DNA of 64,000 nucleotides from Eggerthellaceae bacterium. Its GTDB lineage: Bacteria > Bacteroidota > Bacteroidia > Bacteroidales > Bacteroidaceae. The stretch lies in the NCBI GenBank assembly GCA_963656105.1, contig CAVKHW010000002.1, positions 78,436-142,435 of the forward strand, read 5' to 3'. Numbering within the stretch: position 1 is the first letter of the stretch; each line of letters starts with the position of its first letter. The translations under genes and the position numbers were made by a program. The notes beneath the pieces were generated by a model. That model saw only the letters and a program-made list of their open reading frames with translations, made no database searches and was not told where the DNA came from. This document shows positions 9,304 to 19,390 of this stretch, one piece after another.

Positions 9304-10749
9304 TTATTCGAATGTAACGTCCTCCACATGCTCACCGATGAAGAGATGGGCAAAGTCGGACGTCTTGTACCACTTGGGCTTGCCGGGCATCTGGTCGTAG
9401 ATGTGCTGACCGTTGATGCGTAGGTTCTTGAAGTGTATGCCACTGATGGTGCGCCCGGCATCGTAGCCGGTCATGAGCGAGAGGTTGGCGCGTGTGCCGT
9501 TGTAACTGATGTCTTCAAGCCGTATGTCGTGTATGCCGCCGCCCGGAGCGTGGCAGTATTTGCGGTTGTAGCACACACGGAAATTGAAGAGCATACCCTC
9601 GTCGATGTCTTCGATGCGTATGTTGCGGAACGTCATGTTGCGCACCACGTTGTTGTCGCCGTTGTTGATGGCTATGCAGCCCTGATAGTCCACCTGCTTC
9701 TCGCGCTGCTGCAGGATGTCTATGTCCTCATAGGTCACCTGCTCGATGACCTCATGCCGGTCGATGTCTCCGTGGAGGCCAATCATGATGGGGTGGGCCA
9801 CATCGGCCCAGTACACCGCATCCTTCACGCTGATGTTGCGGCAGCCGCCTCGATAGCCCTTGCGTGTGCAGTAGATGGTGGAGCAGTCGTCGCTGGTGCG
9901 ACAAAACACATGATTGTAACTCACGTCATTACTGGCAAAGACGTTCATGCCGTCGCCCCAGCTGTACCAGCTGATGACCTTGGCATTGCTGACACTGACG
10001 CGGTCGCTGCCGCCTACGGGTATCTGCGTGGTGACAATACCGTCTACGGCTACATCGTGCGAATATCGTACCATCACACCCTCTTGACGGCGCTCCGGGT
10101 TCACAATGCCGTGGCCCGCCACCTTGGCGCCCGTGGCCTGCCACACCGAGGCGTAGCCTTTGATGTAGGCTCCGCCAGCCACATAGAGCACCTGACCGCT
10201 ACCCACACGTATGGAATCGTTGCCGAGGTCGTAATAGCCAGGACCGTAATACAGCACGTTTCTGCGCTCCACGCCATAGGCCTTGGCCACCTGACGGGCG
10301 TTGGTGTAGACGGGCGTTGCGGCATTGGCAAAGAGCTGAAGGTTGTGGTAGATGTCGCCGTTGACCTCTATCGAGAGGTCGAGCGGACGGTCTATGCTGA
10401 AACTGACGGTATTGTCGTGAACCGATGCGGGGATGTTCTTCGACAACGGACGCACACGGGCGGTCTGCACTTTGCCCTTGTTCCACGTAACCTCCACATC
10501 AACGCGACCCGAAAAGTCGAAGTAGGCCACCGATGTTTTCTCTACGCAATGGCGCCCGTTGTCGGTGCGGTCCACGTTCCACGAGTAGGTATCGACTGCT
10601 TGCCAGTCGCCTCCCGCTATGCGCACGCGCACCGTGTAATCGGTGTTCAGGGGCGCACCGGCTGGTGCCGGGTAGGTAGTCAGCGTGTCGGCGAAAAGCA
10701 CAGATGCGAACATTTGCACCAATAGGATAATCAGCGAACGATGTATCAT
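9304..10749 (-). CDS. Secreted pectin-lyase-fold (GH28-like) glycoside hydrolase
   Basis: Signal peptide; YYGPGYY, YVAGGAYI, WGDGM, RTSDDC, WADVAHPI and beta-helix-like repeats. Exact family and substrate uncertain. Confidence 0.7.
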   Translation of the reverse strand: MIHRSLIILLVQMFASVLFADTLTTYPAPAGAPLNTDYTVRVRIAGGDWQAVDTYSWNVDRTDNGRHCVEKTSVAYFDFSGRVDVEVTWNKGKVQTARVRPLSKNIPASVHDNTVSFSIDRPLDLSIEVNGDIYHNLQLFANAATPVYTNARQVAKAYGVERRNVLYYGPGYYDLGNDSIRVGSGQVLYVAGGAYIKGYASVWQATGAKVAGHGIVNPERRQEGVMVRYSHDVAVDGIVTTQIPVGGSDRVSVSNAKVISWYSWGDGMNVFASNDVSYNHVFCRTSDDCSTIYCTRKGYRGGCRNISVKDAVYWADVAHPIMIGLHGDIDRHEVIEQVTYEDIDILQQREKQVDYQGCIAINNGDNNVVRNMTFRNIRIEDIDEGMLFNFRVCYNRKYCHAPGGGIHDIRLEDISYNGTRANLSLMTGYDAGRTISGIHFKNLRINGQHIYDQMPGKPKWYKTSDFAHLFIGEHVEDVTFE

Positions 10750-10752
10750 GAC

Positions 10753-13437
10753 TTAAAAGTTTATGTATTTTTTGCCATTACGGATAATGAGACCCTTGTA
10801 GTTGGCGTTTACGCGTTGCCCACTGGCATTGTAGCATTTGTCGTTGGCTATGCGGTCGTTGGCCGTATTGTGTATGCCTTCGGGCACGTTATAGGGTATC
10901 AGCTCAATGGGAAAGTTAGTGGGCGCAAAGTGGGTGGTATGGTCTATCTCGCCGTTTTCGCCTATGGTGAAGTAGCACGGACGCTTGTTGTGCATCTGAT
11001 ACCAGTCGGTGCCTGTGGCCTTACGGAAGTAATAGGGCGTGCGTGTGCTGGCCGTCATGCGCATGGTGAGAGCCAGGAAGCGTTGGTCGGCAAGGCTCTG
11101 TAGGTCGTAGCAGGGACCATCCGCATTCTCGTTGGTTATTTTCCACGCCTGCTGTTGCAATGCGTTGTCCTCTTTCTTTGGTGTGAACGTAGTATATGCG
11201 TACGTCGTTCCCTCTATGGTGTTGTTGGTAAGATAGGTGTCGTGGAAACGGTCGCGGATGAGATAGTAGCCGTCAGGAATGGCGCTGTCGAGGCTGTCGC
11301 TGATGTATGCCGCATAGCAGACCGTGTCGCTCTTGCCATAGATGGTATAGACCAGTGTGTCGATGACGCTCGTCTGAAGGTTGTCGTAGGTCACGCTGCT
11401 GGCTTCCGAACCGCTGCTCCACTGGAAAGTAATGTCCTTGAACGTGCTGGGAACATAGGGAGCGAACGACACCTTGTCGCCCGGTTGGCACACATACTCC
11501 ACCGTGTCGACCTTAACCTCGCCATTGACCGACATCTGCGGCCGGAAGTATTTCATGCGCACGCTAACAGTATCGTATGAGATGGCACCGCCTTGGTTCT
11601 TATATGCCACCACGAACACACTGTCCGAATGGATGTTCTTGGCCGTAATGCTGTTGCCCGTAGCGCCTGTGCTCCATGTGAATGTGCCGTAACCGCCTGT
11701 GGCTGACGCGCTCAACGTTATGGCATCGTCATAGAAAATGGTAATCGAATCGGTAGATGTTACACCGTCGTAAGTGGCCGAAGCGGTTACGGGTGACGCC
11801 TCACAGTCGCCCTGCACAGCTATGGAGAAACAGAGATGGCTCTTCACGCCATTCTGGTTGGTATAGGTGACGCGGTAAACATAACTCTCGTTGGCGGTAA
11901 TGGTGATGTCGCGTGTGGTCGCGCCAATGTTCCATTGCCACAGACCTGTGTCTTCGCTGTTGTCGCGAAGTTGTGGCAACAGCTTGACAACGGTTCCTTT
12001 GGTCACGCCCGTGTTGTTGTCGGTCTTGAACGTATTGGTCAGCCCTCCCAGTTCGTTATGGTTGAGTGTGTCGCCGTCTACCACCATTTTCGGGGCAAGC
12101 GGAGTGGGTATCTCCTCTGCCGTGGCCGAGTGGTCGCGGTAGTTCATCAGTACGGAGTAACCCAAATGGTCGTAACCTCCGCTGGTGGAACCTTGTCCGC
12201 CACCATCGGGACCGTCCTTGGTCATGTTGGCATAGGCCATTTCCGAGTAGGGCATCTTGGCTCCGAACACGCCTTCGTAAAGACCTATCACGGTTCCCCA
12301 GTAGGGACGTATCTGGTTGCCGAGGGCTGGTCCCGTCTGCGTCCACACACGGCTGTCAGTGTAGTAAAGACCATTGGTGCCGTACTTATAGTTGGTCCAG
12401 GGTAAACCTTCGATGCTTTGCGTCTGTGCAGCGACATATTCAATGCCTGCGGCCAGACGATTGTCCATGAACGAAAACAGGTCGTCGCCCTGATTCCAGG
12501 CCATGTGGGCAATGTCGACAGCCAGTCCGAGAGCCATCGTGGCGTGGCCGATATCGCGGCCGCTCTCCTGCATCTGGCCTATCTTACCATACGAAGAAGC
12601 CTTCAAACTATCGGGAGTGTCGCTAACCGTCACCACCAGATTGCCTATGAACTCGGTCAGACCGTCATTCAAAATGGGGTCGGCCGTGCGAGGGTTGACA
12701 AAAGTTCCCACTTGGTCGTACTTCAAATAGCTGAGGCCTTGGTTATAGATGAACACGTCGTCGCACAACACACCGATGGACATCACGCAGAGGGCGTTGC
12801 ACAATCCCCAGTTGCTCCAATAGTGGCCGGGTGCTTGCCACCACTTGCCAGTGTTCTCCCAAGTGCCGTTACGGGCGCGGAGAAAGCCTATGGCCGATGG
12901 ATACCACACCCGCAGCATCCACTGGCGGAACGTCTCGAAACGCTCGGGCGACCAACCGTCGAAGTCGCGGAGCAGCTCGGCGGCTTGCGCAAACTGATAG
13001 CCATAGAGGCCAGCGGCAAGCGCATAGTTGGAGTCGCCGCCTATGGCCTTGGTGGTGTTGGCCCACTGCATGAGCACATTGACAGCATGGGTAGCGTTGT
13101 CAGTGTTGCCCGTTATTTTCCAAACGAGGGCATTTTGGTAAGCTATCGTGGCGCCGCGGGCAGCGTTGATATAGTTCTCGCCCGACCCACCACCGCGCAC
13201 AATGGTTTGCACCGGATAGGTTTGGGCGGTCGACTGCGCATAGGCGGCATTGGTAAGCACATTGACTGCTGCAGTGATGGTGGCGTCGCCTTTGTCGAGG
13301 AGATGCTTGATGCGGTCGAAATCTTCTTGTGTATGCAGTCCTCCGGGATGCACAAATCCACGGTTTTTGTTATAAATTTGTGCCGTAGCACCTATTGTGA
13401 GGAACAGGACTGCAAGAAATAAGTAGGCTCTTTTCAT
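10753..13437 (-). CDS. Alginate-lyase-like family protein with accessory beta domains and T9SS C-terminal domain
   Basis: Signal peptide (ATA-Q); FVHPGGLHT, SNWGLC, QESGRDIGHATMALG; CTD CYNASGQRV...GLIIRNGKKY. Substrate unknown. Confidence 0.72.
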   Translation of the reverse strand: MKRAYLFLAVLFLTIGATAQIYNKNRGFVHPGGLHTQEDFDRIKHLLDKGDATITAAVNVLTNAAYAQSTAQTYPVQTIVRGGGSGENYINAARGATIAYQNALVWKITGNTDNATHAVNVLMQWANTTKAIGGDSNYALAAGLYGYQFAQAAELLRDFDGWSPERFETFRQWMLRVWYPSAIGFLRARNGTWENTGKWWQAPGHYWSNWGLCNALCVMSIGVLCDDVFIYNQGLSYLKYDQVGTFVNPRTADPILNDGLTEFIGNLVVTVSDTPDSLKASSYGKIGQMQESGRDIGHATMALGLAVDIAHMAWNQGDDLFSFMDNRLAAGIEYVAAQTQSIEGLPWTNYKYGTNGLYYTDSRVWTQTGPALGNQIRPYWGTVIGLYEGVFGAKMPYSEMAYANMTKDGPDGGGQGSTSGGYDHLGYSVLMNYRDHSATAEEIPTPLAPKMVVDGDTLNHNELGGLTNTFKTDNNTGVTKGTVVKLLPQLRDNSEDTGLWQWNIGATTRDITITANESYVYRVTYTNQNGVKSHLCFSIAVQGDCEASPVTASATYDGVTSTDSITIFYDDAITLSASATGGYGTFTWSTGATGNSITAKNIHSDSVFVVAYKNQGGAISYDTVSVRMKYFRPQMSVNGEVKVDTVEYVCQPGDKVSFAPYVPSTFKDITFQWSSGSEASSVTYDNLQTSVIDTLVYTIYGKSDTVCYAAYISDSLDSAIPDGYYLIRDRFHDTYLTNNTIEGTTYAYTTFTPKKEDNALQQQAWKITNENADGPCYDLQSLADQRFLALTMRMTASTRTPYYFRKATGTDWYQMHNKRPCYFTIGENGEIDHTTHFAPTNFPIELIPYNVPEGIHNTANDRIANDKCYNASGQRVNANYKGLIIRNGKKYINF

Positions 13438-13517
13438 GTTTTATAAGGTTTATCTTTGTGTAGGTACATAGTTCATGTCGCTGAAATATTCGGCTGGCGA
13501 ATGAGGCAGAAGACAAA

Positions 13518-14021
13518 TCAGAATCCAGCTGCTCTAAGTGATTGCCTTACCATCTTTCGTGTTCGGTAAAGCCTTCCTTCGACGGCGCGCAGCGAGTAGT
13601 GTGTGATGGTTGTTATCTCGCTTGGCGATTTGTCTTCGAATCGGCTCAGTTGGTATACCCATGCATCGCTCTTCGACATGCGGTTGACAACTTTCCGTTC
13701 AGCCTGCAACAGTTGGCGGCATTCCAGTTCGCAAGGTTCGGTGGCTGTTTGGGCAGTGTATTGTTTTTGCCTGCGGCAGCAATAAGCATGATGCCGTAGC
13801 CAGTCGACGCGCATTTGATAGGCTATGGTGACGATTAGGCCAGTGAGATGGTTGGGAAGAATGATATCTATTGTCATCAGTTTAACAAACACTTCTTGCA
13901 CGAGATCTTTCCCTTCTTCCTCGGGTATGTTGGCTTTTCGGAAGATGGCCAGAAGCATGGCGCGCTTGTTTTCGTACAGACGGCCAATGATGTCGTTGCG
14001 TTGTGCGGTTTCCGTAGGCAT
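13518..14021 (-). CDS. ECF-type RNA polymerase sigma factor
   Basis: Region 2 DLVQEVFVKL...VDWLR; region 4 LSRFEDKSPSEI...SLRAVEGRLYRTRK. TACCTTTG promoter (minus, 14052-14059) favours start 14021. Confidence 0.85.
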   Translation of the reverse strand: MPTETAQRNDIIGRLYENKRAMLLAIFRKANIPEEEGKDLVQEVFVKLMTIDIILPNHLTGLIVTIAYQMRVDWLRHHAYCCRRQKQYTAQTATEPCELECRQLLQAERKVVNRMSKSDAWVYQLSRFEDKSPSEITTITHYSLRAVEGRLYRTRKMVRQSLRAAGF

Positions 14022-14171
14022 TAAAGCAGGTTTAAGGATTGTTTTACGTAGCAAAGGTAACGAACAAAATCTTTTTCTGCAAGCGTTAAATGCCATGGTA
14101 ATGTCTACCCCGTCCAGATGATGTATTTATCGTAAAACCTACTGGGAAACAATGAGTTATGATGAGATTGT

Positions 14172-14201
14172 ATTTGCACTTTTCCATCGGAAAGTGCAAA
14201 T
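14172..14201 (-). terminator. Hairpin downstream of the AraC sensor gene
   Basis: ATTTGCACTTTTCC-ATC-GGAAAGTGCAAAT immediately after the stop codon. Confidence 0.5.
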
Positions 14202-14205
14202 GGCG

Positions 14206-16944
14206 TTATTTACCCAGGCGTTTCATATAGTCTTTTGGTGTCATTCCTGTGAATTTTTTGAAGGCCACGAGAAAGGGGTTGCGGCTTTTGAAACCGCACT
14301 GTTCGGCAAGAGCCGTAATGGTTAGATTGCGGTTGGCCGGTTGTTGTGCCAACTTTTTGAATGCCTTAATGCGATATTCGGCAATGAAATCATAGTAATT
14401 GCGGTGGAGTTGTAAGGAGAAGACTTGTGAGAGCGTGTGTGTGGAGCATCCGAGTGCGTTGGCAAGGTCGGCCATTTGCAGGTCGGGGTTGAGGTAAGGA
14501 TGTTCCTTTTCCATAAGTTGCAACAAGGCTTGTTGCATTTTTCGGCCTTCCTTTTCATCAAGGCGACTCTTTTGGTACTTCTCGGGTTGTGGTGCGAGTC
14601 GTTTCCAGAAGTAAGGTTTCCGATGGTAGCGGCACCATAGTATATGGGCCAGTAGTGTCCCAAGCAATGCCATGATGACAAGAAGCAGTATGGCATTGGT
14701 GGTCATGGGTACGTCGACAGTTAAGCAACCGCAAAGTTCGGGCATGCCTACGGCTTCGATGCGGAGTGTGTAACGACCTGGCCACAGGCCGCGATAGGTT
14801 ATGGTTCGGGTGCGGTCGGCCATCCGCCATTGTTGGTCGTGTCCTTCCAGTCGATAACGAAAATTCAAGTCGCGTGTGTTTCCGAAGGCCAGTGGCGTGA
14901 AACGTGCCGTGAACTCGCTGTTGTGACGGCTCAATGTGAGCAGACTGTCGAGTGTCACGGTGCTGACCTCTTGAGGTGTGAACCAGTGGTCAGTTTGTAT
15001 TTCCGACAGGATGATGGGAATGTGATGGAACAGCGTTTTTCCGATGTTGCTTAGCTTGGCGAAGACCAGTCCGCCGTTGGTGGCTGCCCAATAGGTACCC
15101 GACTTGCTGTCAATCCATATCGCATGCGACTGGAATTGCGAGTTGCTCAAGCCGTCGATGTGTCCGAAGCGTCGTAGCCGTCCGCCTTCACCGACCAGAT
15201 AGACGGCATCTGAACAGGTGACGATGTATCGTTTGTTGCCTAATGGCAGAATGTCGAGGAAAGTGTTGTTGCGTCCTAATGCTTCTAATGAAAGAGCGTT
15301 GAGACCGTTGTTGCCGGGGTTGAAAATGGCTGGATTTCCATTTTGTGGAATGAAAAGTAAGCGCCCGTCAGCCAGACTCTTGATGCTTCTCAGCAGCCCC
15401 AGTTTTACCACTTGTGGTATCATGCCTGCTGTAGTCACCATGTGTTGTTCGGGATTCCACATACATTGTCCGCCTGCCGTCGATACCCATCCTCGGCCGT
15501 CGTGTGTCAATCCCATACAGAACACCTCGTTGTCGGGCAGTTGTGAGTTGTGGGTGGTATAGATATTTAATGCTTCGGCGTTGGCTTCGTAGTGTCCCAG
15601 TCCTATTGACGAGCAAATCCATAGTCCTCCATGGCCGTCGTCCGTCATGTCGTAGATGTTGGCTTTGCCGAACGGGCCGAGTAGTGCCGAAGGCTTAGGT
15701 TTGAGTGTGGCGATGTCCAGACAGTGTAGGCCGCCCCCGATAGTGCCCACCCAATAGTTGTTCCCCACCTTGCGTATGCACGATATGATGTCGGATCCGA
15801 TGTCGTTGCGTCCCATGTGCGACACCGTCAGGCTTTTGCGGTCGACTACAAACAGGCCGTTGCGGGTGCCGAGCAATGTGCGGTTGCCATCGAGCAGGAA
15901 ACTGCGCACGGCGTGACCGTTGCTGTCGAACACGCCTGGCACGCCAAAAGTTTGGAAGATTCCGCGGTTCAGAAAACTGTAGTCGAGACCGAAAAACTTG
16001 TATCCTATCCAGTCGTTGCCGTTGTTGTCGCGGCTGAACAGCACGGCATTGTTGAAGCGTGTGCGTGTCACGTTGTCGGTCGAGGCTGTTGGTTGGCTGA
16101 TGTAACGGTGTGTAATCTTGTGGCTGTTGATGTCCATTTCCATACAGCCGTCGAACGCAGTGGCCACCAACAGATGCCCGTGGCGGTCAGCTGAAAGGGC
16201 CGACACGTTGCAGATATTGTTGGCGAACGGTGAAAATCGTTGCGACTTGGGGTTAAAAGAAAGGACACCCCGTTCGTGCGTTCCTAAGTAGACCAGTCCT
16301 TGAAGGTAGGCTATCGATGTGATGCGAGTGCTGGTAAGTGGTGTGGGAAGTGGGTGGAAGGTGGTCTTTTCGGGACTTTTTACCGGCATTGCAGCCAGCA
16401 AGTTGCCTGCGAGAAGATAGAGCGTTTCTCTGCCGAGAGCCAGTTTGTGTATGGTGTGGTTGGCTGTGGGTCGGCGTGCAAAGATGTTTACGGGCTCAAT
16501 GCGCCCGTCTGTCATTCTGAAAAGCCCCTTTGCGGTGCCGATGAAAAGCGTGCCGTTGTTGTCGTTTGCCATGTCGCACACTTCCACATCGATGGTCTCC
16601 TTGTGGATGCGTTGCATGGAGAGCAGTCGCCTGTTGAGTTGCCACAGACCGACTTTATTGCCCACGAGCAACGTCTCGCCGTCTTGTTCGGCCATCGTAT
16701 TGACCGCCATGTTGCGTTGGGCGTCGTCTGCAGGGAAGTTGATGTTGAGGATATTTGTACCATCGAAGCGCGACACCCCCTGTTCGGTGCCGAGGAACAC
16801 AAACCCGTGGCGGTCGCGCAGCACGCTCGTCACCGACGGGTCGCGCAACCCATCCTCTTGGGTCAGCGGTTCCAGCCGTCGTGTCTGTGCCAGCAGACAC
16901 AGGGGCAGCATCAGCAGCAGGTGTATTAGGCGTGTCGTTCTCAT
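14206..16944 (-). CDS. Membrane-anchored sensor-regulator: periplasmic beta-propeller + Y_Y_Y + TM + AraC HTH (no kinase/receiver)
   Basis: Signal peptide; repeated D..G.LWIGT-type propeller motifs; FRYRLEGHDQQW...YRGLWPGRYTLRI; one TM helix; PYLNPDL...LSQVF...CGFKSRNPF..AFKKFTGMTP. Confidence 0.85.
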   Translation of the reverse strand: MRTTRLIHLLLMLPLCLLAQTRRLEPLTQEDGLRDPSVTSVLRDRHGFVFLGTEQGVSRFDGTNILNINFPADDAQRNMAVNTMAEQDGETLLVGNKVGLWQLNRRLLSMQRIHKETIDVEVCDMANDNNGTLFIGTAKGLFRMTDGRIEPVNIFARRPTANHTIHKLALGRETLYLLAGNLLAAMPVKSPEKTTFHPLPTPLTSTRITSIAYLQGLVYLGTHERGVLSFNPKSQRFSPFANNICNVSALSADRHGHLLVATAFDGCMEMDINSHKITHRYISQPTASTDNVTRTRFNNAVLFSRDNNGNDWIGYKFFGLDYSFLNRGIFQTFGVPGVFDSNGHAVRSFLLDGNRTLLGTRNGLFVVDRKSLTVSHMGRNDIGSDIISCIRKVGNNYWVGTIGGGLHCLDIATLKPKPSALLGPFGKANIYDMTDDGHGGLWICSSIGLGHYEANAEALNIYTTHNSQLPDNEVFCMGLTHDGRGWVSTAGGQCMWNPEQHMVTTAGMIPQVVKLGLLRSIKSLADGRLLFIPQNGNPAIFNPGNNGLNALSLEALGRNNTFLDILPLGNKRYIVTCSDAVYLVGEGGRLRRFGHIDGLSNSQFQSHAIWIDSKSGTYWAATNGGLVFAKLSNIGKTLFHHIPIILSEIQTDHWFTPQEVSTVTLDSLLTLSRHNSEFTARFTPLAFGNTRDLNFRYRLEGHDQQWRMADRTRTITYRGLWPGRYTLRIEAVGMPELCGCLTVDVPMTTNAILLLVIMALLGTLLAHILWCRYHRKPYFWKRLAPQPEKYQKSRLDEKEGRKMQQALLQLMEKEHPYLNPDLQMADLANALGCSTHTLSQVFSLQLHRNYYDFIAEYRIKAFKKLAQQPANRNLTITALAEQCGFKSRNPFLVAFKKFTGMTPKDYMKRLGK

Positions 16945-16987
16945 GTGCTTTAGGCGGGTTGTGCGTGGTGAGGGCGTTTGCTGTGGT

Positions 16988-17953
16988 CTATCGGTTTCCG
17001 TTGCGTATGTTGCGTGGGTGGTGCATCAGTATTTCCTGTCTGAGCGACTCGTCGTCCATGTGGATGTAAATTTCGGTGGTTCCGATGTCGGCGTGTCCGA
17101 GCAACACCTGTATGATGCGCAGGTCGGCACCGCCTCTGAGCAGTGCTGTGGCGAAGCTGTGTCGCAGCGTGTGGGGCGAGATGGTCTTGCGGATGCCGGC
17201 TGCTTCGCCCAGTCGCTTTATCATGATGAGTATCATGGTGCGTGTGAGATGGTGTCCGCGTCGGTTGAGAAACACGTAGTCCTCTTCGCCCGGCTTGATG
17301 TTCATCTGTCTTCGGTCGTCGAACCAGAACCCCAGTTCGTTGACGGCTCGTTCGGAAATGGGCACCAGCCGTTCTTTGTTGCCCTTGCCCACGACGCGCA
17401 GGAAACGGTCGTCGAGGAACAGGTCGGACAGTTTCAGATTGACCAGTTCGCTGACGCGCAACCCACACGAAAAGAATACTTCCACGATGGCACGGTTGCG
17501 GTGGCCTTCGGGCGAGGTGAGGTCGATGGCCTCTTCGAGCCTGTCCACCTCTTCGGTCGACAGGTACTCGGGTATGTGTTTGGGCAGATGGGGCGATTCG
17601 AGCAGTTCGGTCGGGTCGATGTCGAGGTATCCGTCGACCAGCAGGAAGTGGTAGAACGACCGCACGCCGCTCAGTATGCGTGCCTGACTTTTGGCTCCCA
17701 CGCCTTTGTCGTGCAGCCAAGCGGCAAAAAGTTCCAGGTCTTCGAGCTTTACGTCGAGTGGTGTGAGGCCTTGTTCGCCGAGATGGTCGAGCAGCATGCT
17801 GATGTCGTGCTGATAGGCGTCAATGGTGTTGGGCGAGTAGCTGCGTTCCAGTTTCAGGTAACGCATGTAGCGGCGCAACATGTCTGGCAGAGCTGTTGTG
17901 CGAGCCGTTTTGTCGTCCCATTTTGTCAACGATTTGCTTTGCGCTTTATCCAT
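16988..17953 (-). CDS. xerD: Site-specific tyrosine recombinase XerD
   Basis: SPNTIDAY..D, GLRVSEL, GKGNKERLVP, SPHTLRHSFATALL.GGADLRIIQVLLGH.DIGTTEIY. True start may be 17881. Confidence 0.88.
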   Translation of the reverse strand: MDKAQSKSLTKWDDKTARTTALPDMLRRYMRYLKLERSYSPNTIDAYQHDISMLLDHLGEQGLTPLDVKLEDLELFAAWLHDKGVGAKSQARILSGVRSFYHFLLVDGYLDIDPTELLESPHLPKHIPEYLSTEEVDRLEEAIDLTSPEGHRNRAIVEVFFSCGLRVSELVNLKLSDLFLDDRFLRVVGKGNKERLVPISERAVNELGFWFDDRRQMNIKPGEEDYVFLNRRGHHLTRTMILIMIKRLGEAAGIRKTISPHTLRHSFATALLRGGADLRIIQVLLGHADIGTTEIYIHMDDESLRQEILMHHPRNIRNGNR

Positions 17954-18072
17954 TTTCGCTTACCTTTGCAGAAAAGAGGGTGCCAAGGGAAGGGCAGATA
18001 TATGGCCTGTCGGTGTCTTTTGTCCTCTTCTTAATGGCAAAATTAGCGAAAACGAAAGAAAAGACCAAGGAA

Positions 18073-18513
18073 ATGAAGAAAATTCAGATTGTGAACGGAC
18101 CCAACCTTAACCTGCTCGGAACACGCGAACCGGGCATCTACGGCAGTAGCTCGTTTGAGAGTTACCTGCCCGCTTTGCGCCAGCGTTATCCCGATGTGCA
18201 GATCGACTATTATCAAAGCAATATCGAAGGTGAACTTATCAACAAGATGCAGGAAGTGGGGTTCGGCTACGATGGCATTGTGCTCAATGCCGGAGCTTAT
18301 ACCCACACATCCGTAGCGTTGCTCGACTGCATCCGTTCGCTGCGTTGCCCCGTGGTGGAGGTGCATATTTCGAATGTGCACCAGCGTGAGGAATTCCGTC
18401 ACCACTCCATGATTTCGGCGGGATGCAAGGGCGTGATATGCGGGTTTGGTCTCGACAGTTACCGCTTGGCCGTAGAAGCGCTGCTGGCCCAAGCTGCACA
18501 ACACAAGGGCTAA
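18073..18513 (+). CDS. aroQ: Type II 3-dehydroquinate dehydratase
   Basis: NGPNLNLLGTREPGIYG, NAGAYTHTS, EVHISNVHQREEFRHHS. Confidence 0.96.
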   Translation: MKKIQIVNGPNLNLLGTREPGIYGSSSFESYLPALRQRYPDVQIDYYQSNIEGELINKMQEVGFGYDGIVLNAGAYTHTSVALLDCIRSLRCPVVEVHISNVHQREEFRHHSMISAGCKGVICGFGLDSYRLAVEALLAQAAQHKG

Positions 18514-18517
18514 GGCC

Positions 18518-19195
18518 ATGACCGTAGACGAGTATATTCTGGCCCACATTGAGCCGGAGGGCGACTATCTGCACCGCCTGTGGCGGGCCACCAACATACA
18601 CACCATCCATGGGCGCATGGCGAGCGGCCATCTGCAGGGGCGTCTGCTCAAGCTGCTGGTGCTCATGCTCAAGCCGCACCGCATACTGGAGGTTGGCACC
18701 TTTTCGGGCTATTCGGCTCTCTGCATGGCCGAGGGGCTGAAACAACTGCATCTTTCGCATGCTTCCGAAGGCCGCGATCCAGCTGGTGCGGCCGACCGCC
18801 CGATGCTTTATACCTATGAGATCAACGACGAGATGGAGGACTTCACGCGCCCGTGGATAGAGCGGTCGGCCGTGGCCGATTACGTCGATTTCCGCATAGG
18901 CGATGCCGTGGCCGAAGCCCCGAAGCTCGGCCTTACTTTCGACTTGGTGTTTCTCGACGGCGACAAGCGCACCTATGTGGAGGCATACGAGACATTGTTG
19001 CCGCTTGTGAACTGCGGAGGAGCCATTCTGGCCGACAACACGCTGTGGGACGGCCACGTGGTGGAGCCAGCCTACGACCATGACCAGCAGACCGTGGGCA
19101 TACGCCGTTTCAACGACCATGTGGCTGCCGACGCGCGTGTGGAGAACGTCATCCTGCCCGAGCGCGATGGCATGACCCTCATTATAAAGCGGTGA
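18518..19195 (+). CDS. SAM-dependent O-methyltransferase (caffeoyl-CoA OMT-like family)
   Basis: ILEVGTFSGYSA, FDLVFLDGDK, ADNTLWDG, RDGMT. Confidence 0.9.
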   Translation: MTVDEYILAHIEPEGDYLHRLWRATNIHTIHGRMASGHLQGRLLKLLVLMLKPHRILEVGTFSGYSALCMAEGLKQLHLSHASEGRDPAGAADRPMLYTYEINDEMEDFTRPWIERSAVADYVDFRIGDAVAEAPKLGLTFDLVFLDGDKRTYVEAYETLLPLVNCGGAILADNTLWDGHVVEPAYDHDQQTVGIRRFNDHVAADARVENVILPERDGMTLIIKR

Positions 19196-19235
19196 AACGA
19201 CAGGCCGCAGATAGCATGCCGTTTCGTCGTGCCCA

Positions 19236-19279
19236 TTAGTGTGGTTGCATAGCTTCGTTAGCGTGGTTGCATAGCCCCG
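19236..19279. repeat. 22-bp tandem repeat x2
   Basis: TTAGTGTGGTTGCATAGCTTCG / TTAGCGTGGTTGCATAGCCCCG. Confidence 0.75.
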
Positions 19280-19326
19280 AAGTAGCAATAGGCCAACGCT
19301 CTCATCCCGATGGTTATAGTATCGTG

Positions 19327-19390
19327 AAAAATAATAGCTTAAATTCTAAAAATAATAGCTTAAATTTAAAAAATTTAAGCTATTATTTTT
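19327..19390. repeat. AT-rich direct repeat plus perfect 20-bp-arm palindrome
   Basis: AAAAATAATAGCTTAAATT at 19327 and 19348; 19348-19367 is the exact reverse complement of 19371-19390. Confidence 0.85.

Noticed and set aside
16988..17953. Tyrosine recombinase as integrase of a mobile element or invertase
   Set aside because: Sequence is a typical housekeeping XerD beside aroQ; no att-like repeats, inverted repeats flanking a promoter, or mobile cargo seen.
16445..18034. Long antisense ORFs (529 aa here; also 3148-4515, 9433-10725, 6688-7791, 57488-58696 and others)
   Set aside because: Shadow frames opposite well-supported genes, expected from high-GC codon usage; no protein motifs.
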